Positions 56,775 to 59,782 of a stretch of 59,782 nt of DNA are shown here, one piece after another. Numbering within the stretch: position 1 is the first letter of the stretch; each line of letters starts with the position of its first letter. The notes below the pieces were generated by a model. It did not search any database, was not told where the DNA came from, and saw only the letters and a program-made list of their open reading frames with translations. The translations under genes and the position numbers were made by a program. The stretch covers positions 1 to 59,782 of the forward strand of contig JBJXFM010000485.1 of assembly GCA_046155425.1 (NCBI GenBank), written 5' to 3'. This DNA comes from Blastocatellia bacterium. GTDB lineage: Bacteria; Acidobacteriota; Blastocatellia; RBC074.

Positions 56775-58223
56775 ATGAACATGGAACGGGCTTGTAATTT
56801 TATTGCGGGCGATTGGCGGCCAGCGGCCGGTGAAAAGACGATGCCGGTGTATGAACCGGCGACCGGCGAGGTATGGGGCGCGATCGCGGACAGCGCGGTG
56901 GAAGATGTCGATCAGGCCGTGGGCGCGGCGCGGCGGGCATTTGATGAAGGAGACTGGGGACGCACGACCGCCGTGGATCGCGGGCGTATGCTGACGCGGC
57001 TGCACGAACTGATTGCCGCCAACGCGGCGGAACTCGCGGCGCTGGAATCACGCGATACGGGGAAGCCGCTGACCGCCGCGCGCGCCGACATTACGGCGCT
57101 GGCGCGGTATTTTGAATTTTATGGCGGCGCGGCGGACAAGCTGCACGGCGAAACCATTCCCTATCTCGCCGGATATTTCGTGGCCGCGTTGCGCGAACCG
57201 CACGGCGTGACCGGGCATATTCTGCCGTGGAATTATCCGGCGCAGATGTTTGGCCGCACCCTCGCGCCCGCGCTGGCGGCGGGTAACGCCGTTGTGCTCA
57301 AACCCGCCGAGGATGCCTGCGCCTCGACTTTGCGCATGGCCGAGCTGGCGCGCGACGCCGGGTTTCCCGCCGGCGCGCTGAACGTGGTCACGGGCCGTGG
57401 CGCCGAAGCGGGCGCGGCGCTGGCAGCGCACACGGGCGTGGATTTTGTTTCCTTCACCGGCTCGCCGGCCGTTGGCCAGATCGTGCAGAAACTCGCGGCG
57501 GATCATTACGCCGCCTGCACGCTGGAACTCGGTGGCAAGTCACCACAGGTCGTTTTCGCCGACGCCGACCTGGACGCCGCGATTCCGGTCATCTGCCGCG
57601 CGATCATCCAGAACACTGGCCAGACCTGTTCCGCCGGCAGCCGCGTGCTGGTCGAACGCGGGGTCTATGACCACCTCGCCGCGCGCCTCGGCGAGGCCTT
57701 TGCGTGTGTGCGCGCCGGCGCGCCCGAGATGGATCTGGATTGCGGGCCGATCATCAACGCGCGGCAACAGGCCCGTGTGCTTGGGTACATCGATCGCGCG
57801 CGCGCCGCTGGTACCGAGGTGCTGGCCGTGGGCGCGATTGCCGCTGGCGTGGCGGCTGGCGGTTATTACGTCACACCCACGTTGTTTGGCGCCACGGCGC
57901 GCGCCAGCGAACTGGCCTGCGAGGAAGTATTCGGACCCGTGCTGACCATCCTGCCTTTTGACGACGAAGCCGACGCGGTCCGTCTGGCCAATGGCACGGA
58001 CTATGGCCTCGTTGCCGCCGTCTGGACGCGCGATGGCGCGCGGCAGCTGCGCATGGTCAAGGGGTTGCGCGCCGGGCAGGTGTTTGTGAATTGTTATGGC
58101 GCGGGCGCGGGCATCGAACTGCCCTTTGGCGGCGTCGGCAAGAGCGGGCATGGCCGTGAAAAGGGCTTTGCCGCGCTGCACGAATTCACACGCACAAAAA
58201 CCATGGTCATCAACCATGGCTGA
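56775..58223 (+). CDS. NAD(P)-dependent aldehyde dehydrogenase
   Basis: The start at 56775 has AAGGAG upstream. ALDH motifs are present: ELGGKSP, a catalytic Cys region NTGQTCSAGSR, and EEVFGPV. Confidence 0.9.
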   Translation: MNMERACNFIAGDWRPAAGEKTMPVYEPATGEVWGAIADSAVEDVDQAVGAARRAFDEGDWGRTTAVDRGRMLTRLHELIAANAAELAALESRDTGKPLTAARADITALARYFEFYGGAADKLHGETIPYLAGYFVAALREPHGVTGHILPWNYPAQMFGRTLAPALAAGNAVVLKPAEDACASTLRMAELARDAGFPAGALNVVTGRGAEAGAALAAHTGVDFVSFTGSPAVGQIVQKLAADHYAACTLELGGKSPQVVFADADLDAAIPVICRAIIQNTGQTCSAGSRVLVERGVYDHLAARLGEAFACVRAGAPEMDLDCGPIINARQQARVLGYIDRARAAGTEVLAVGAIAAGVAAGGYYVTPTLFGATARASELACEEVFGPVLTILPFDDEADAVRLANGTDYGLVAAVWTRDGARQLRMVKGLRAGQVFVNCYGAGAGIELPFGGVGKSGHGREKGFAALHEFTRTKTMVINHG

Positions 58224-58256
58224 TCGCGGGCGTTGTCAGAAAGCGAAAGGAAACGT

Positions 58257-59000
58257 ATGGAACTGAAAGATAAAGTGGCGCTGATCACCGGCGCCGGTTC
58301 AGGTTTTGGCGAAGCCATTGCCCGCGCCTATGCCGCGCGCGGCGCGCGTGTCGTGCTGGTGGATCTGCGCATCGATGAAGCCGAACGTGTCGCGGCCGAT
58401 CTGGGCGGCCATGCGATTGCCATTCAGGCCGATGTCGCCGACGGCGCGGCCGTGCGCGCGGCCGTCGAGGTCGCGGCAAAGACATATGGCGCGCCGCACA
58501 TCGTCGTCAACAACGCGGGCTACACGCATCGCAACGGATCGCTGCTGGATGTGGACGAGGTGACCTTTGATCGCGTGTTCGCGGTGAACGTCAAGTCGAT
58601 TTATCACATGGTCCAGGCCGTGGCCACGGCCATGCGCGACAACGGCGGCGGGGTCATGCTGAACATCGGATCCGTCGCCGGCATTCGTCCACGCCCCGGC
58701 CTGGTCTGGTACAGCGCCTCAAAGGGCACGGTCAGTTTGCTGTCCAAAGCGCTGGCGGTTGAACTGGCCCCGTGGAAGATACGCGTCAACACGATCTGCC
58801 CGGTCCTGGCGATCACGGGCATGGCGGCTGATTTCATGGGCGGCGAAGACACGCCGGAAATCCGCGCGCGTTTTCTCGGCACGATCCCGCTCGGGCGTTT
58901 CTGTGATACCAGCGACGTTGCACAGGCGGCGGTTTATCTGGCCGAAGCGGATTTTGTCACGGGGATTGAGCTGCCGGTGGATGGCGGGCGGGCGATATAA
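58257..59000 (+). CDS. SDR family oxidoreductase (FabG-like)
   Basis: The start at 58257 is MELKDKVALITGAGSGFGEAIA (TGxxxGxG motif). Also NNAG and YSASK catalytic motifs. Confidence 0.9.
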   Translation: MELKDKVALITGAGSGFGEAIARAYAARGARVVLVDLRIDEAERVAADLGGHAIAIQADVADGAAVRAAVEVAAKTYGAPHIVVNNAGYTHRNGSLLDVDEVTFDRVFAVNVKSIYHMVQAVATAMRDNGGGVMLNIGSVAGIRPRPGLVWYSASKGTVSLLSKALAVELAPWKIRVNTICPVLAITGMAADFMGGEDTPEIRARFLGTIPLGRFCDTSDVAQAAVYLAEADFVTGIELPVDGGRAI

Positions 59001-59009
59001 GCGCCGCGA

Positions 59010-59782
59010 TTATCGGGTTATCGTTCCCAGCGCCGCGCCCCACGAAAATCCCGCGCCGAACGCGGGCAATAACACGTGATCGCCCGGCGCCAGCGCCTGC
59101 AAACGGCCCGTGCGCTTTGCCTCGGCGAGGGCGATGAAAGCCGACGCGCCGCTGGTGTTGCCCGTCTGCGCGACCGTGCTGACGATACGATCCGCGGGCA
59201 TGCCCATTTGTGTCCCCAGCGCGCGCAGCAGGTTGGCGTTGGCCTGATGCGGCACGACCAGGGCGATTTGTTCCGGCGTGATTTCATTGCGCCGCATGAC
59301 AAGACCTGCCGCGTCGCACATTTTGCGCACGGCATGCAGAATCACGGCGCGGCCATTCATAAACGGGAGAAGCGTTGTTTCGTCGCTTTCCCATGCGGCG
59401 CCGCGTACACACAGGTCTTCGGCGAAACTGCCATCGGTTTCGATCAGAACATCATCGAGCCGGATCACGCCGGATGCGTTTTCAGGCAGGTCGCGGCTGA
59501 TGACCAGCGCGCCCGCGCCATCGCCGAACAGCATCGAAAGTTCCGCGCTGCGCCGATGCAGGTCGAGGCCGCGTGACTGCGCTTCGGCGCCGAAACAGAC
59601 GACGTGGCGCGCCAGACCCGCGAGGAGCAGCGCGCGCGCCAGTTGCAGGCTTTGCAGAATGACCGTGCAGCCGGATCGCAGGTCAATCGCCGGAATCTGC
59701 CGGCATCCCGTCAGTTTGCGCTGGATCAGCGGGCCGATGCCGGGAACCTGATAATCCGGCGAAATCGTCCCGCCGATCAGGT
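59010..59782 (-). CDS. fabH: beta-ketoacyl-ACP synthase III (FabH-like), C-terminal two-thirds; the 5' end lies beyond the right edge
   Basis: My own translation shows the reading frame stays open from the Met at 59534 up to the window edge: ...SPDYQVPGIGPLIQRKLTGCRQIPAIDLRSGCTVILQSL...LFGDGAGALVIS...VVPHQANANLL...GNTSGASAFIAL...AFGAGFSWGA. The Cys, His and Asn catalytic contexts of FabH are all present. Confidence 0.85.
   Translation of the reverse strand, partial: LIGGTISPDYQVPGIGPLIQRKLTGCRQIPAIDLRSGCTVILQSLQLARALLLAGLARHVVCFGAEAQSRGLDLHRRSAELSMLFGDGAGALVISRDLPENASGVIRLDDVLIETDGSFAEDLCVRGAAWESDETTLLPFMNGRAVILHAVRKMCDAAGLVMRRNEITPEQIALVVPHQANANLLRALGTQMGMPADRIVSTVAQTGNTSGASAFIALAEAKRTGRLQALAPGDHVLLPAFGAGFSWGAALGTITR

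Noticed and set aside
1-59782. tRNA, rRNA and known riboswitch-like elements in the intergenic regions
   Set aside because: I read all gaps longer than 60 nt and saw no cloverleaf-compatible arms with TPsiC-like GTTCRANNC boxes and no rRNA-like stretches. This is a visual check only; tRNAscan-SE or Infernal should confirm it.

Overview
High-GC bacterial chromosomal segment, densely coding on both strands. I call about 55 protein genes. I found no rRNA or tRNA gene, no CRISPR array and no transposase or integrase. Phylum cannot be fixed from sequence alone; DUF1501, YfhO and giant secreted TPR proteins fit an Acidobacteria/PVC-type environmental bacterium, but that is only a guess.

Layout:
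- 0-20 kb: GH57 glycogen enzyme, clpS, a 1975-aa secreted transglutaminase/HEAT/TPR giant, a SanA-like protein, two zinc-ribbon membrane proteins plus DUF2752, M14 and M28 peptidases. Then a minus-strand run of small enzymes (CMD/AhpD-like, GrpB, PIG-L, O-methyltransferase, GNAT), a GntR/HutC regulator and DUF4288.
- 20.6-27.3 kb: a co-directional, tightly spaced cluster of cytoplasmic orphan genes. It encodes a PxP-h-R-T-E repeat protein and three consecutive proteins carrying four paralogous beta-sandwich modules. One of these is Met- and Cys-rich and one is phasin-like with a basic tail. A basic-IDR/DUF362 fusion and an SDR epimerase/reductase follow. I cannot assign this cluster to any described system, and it is my main candidate for something new. 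An SRPBCC protein, an orphan 406-aa protein and a PAP2 phosphatase flank it.
- 30-60 kb: TonB-dependent receptor, NUDIX, truA, a phosphodiesterase-like protein, an alpha/beta hydrolase, DUF1501, YfhO, and the conserved ffh / rpsP-KH-rimM-trmD-rplS-rnhB block. Then glycerate kinase, an ITPase-like NTPase, D-aminoacylase, a small AT-rich DUF104-like plus retropepsin-like pair, ychF, NlpC/P60, GMC oxidoreductase, aldehyde dehydrogenase, SDR and a truncated fabH-like gene.

A recurrent non-coding oddity is hairpins whose arms are built from 3-4 tandem copies of 7-10-nt units. Most long ORFs antisense to these genes are high-GC artefacts and were rejected.
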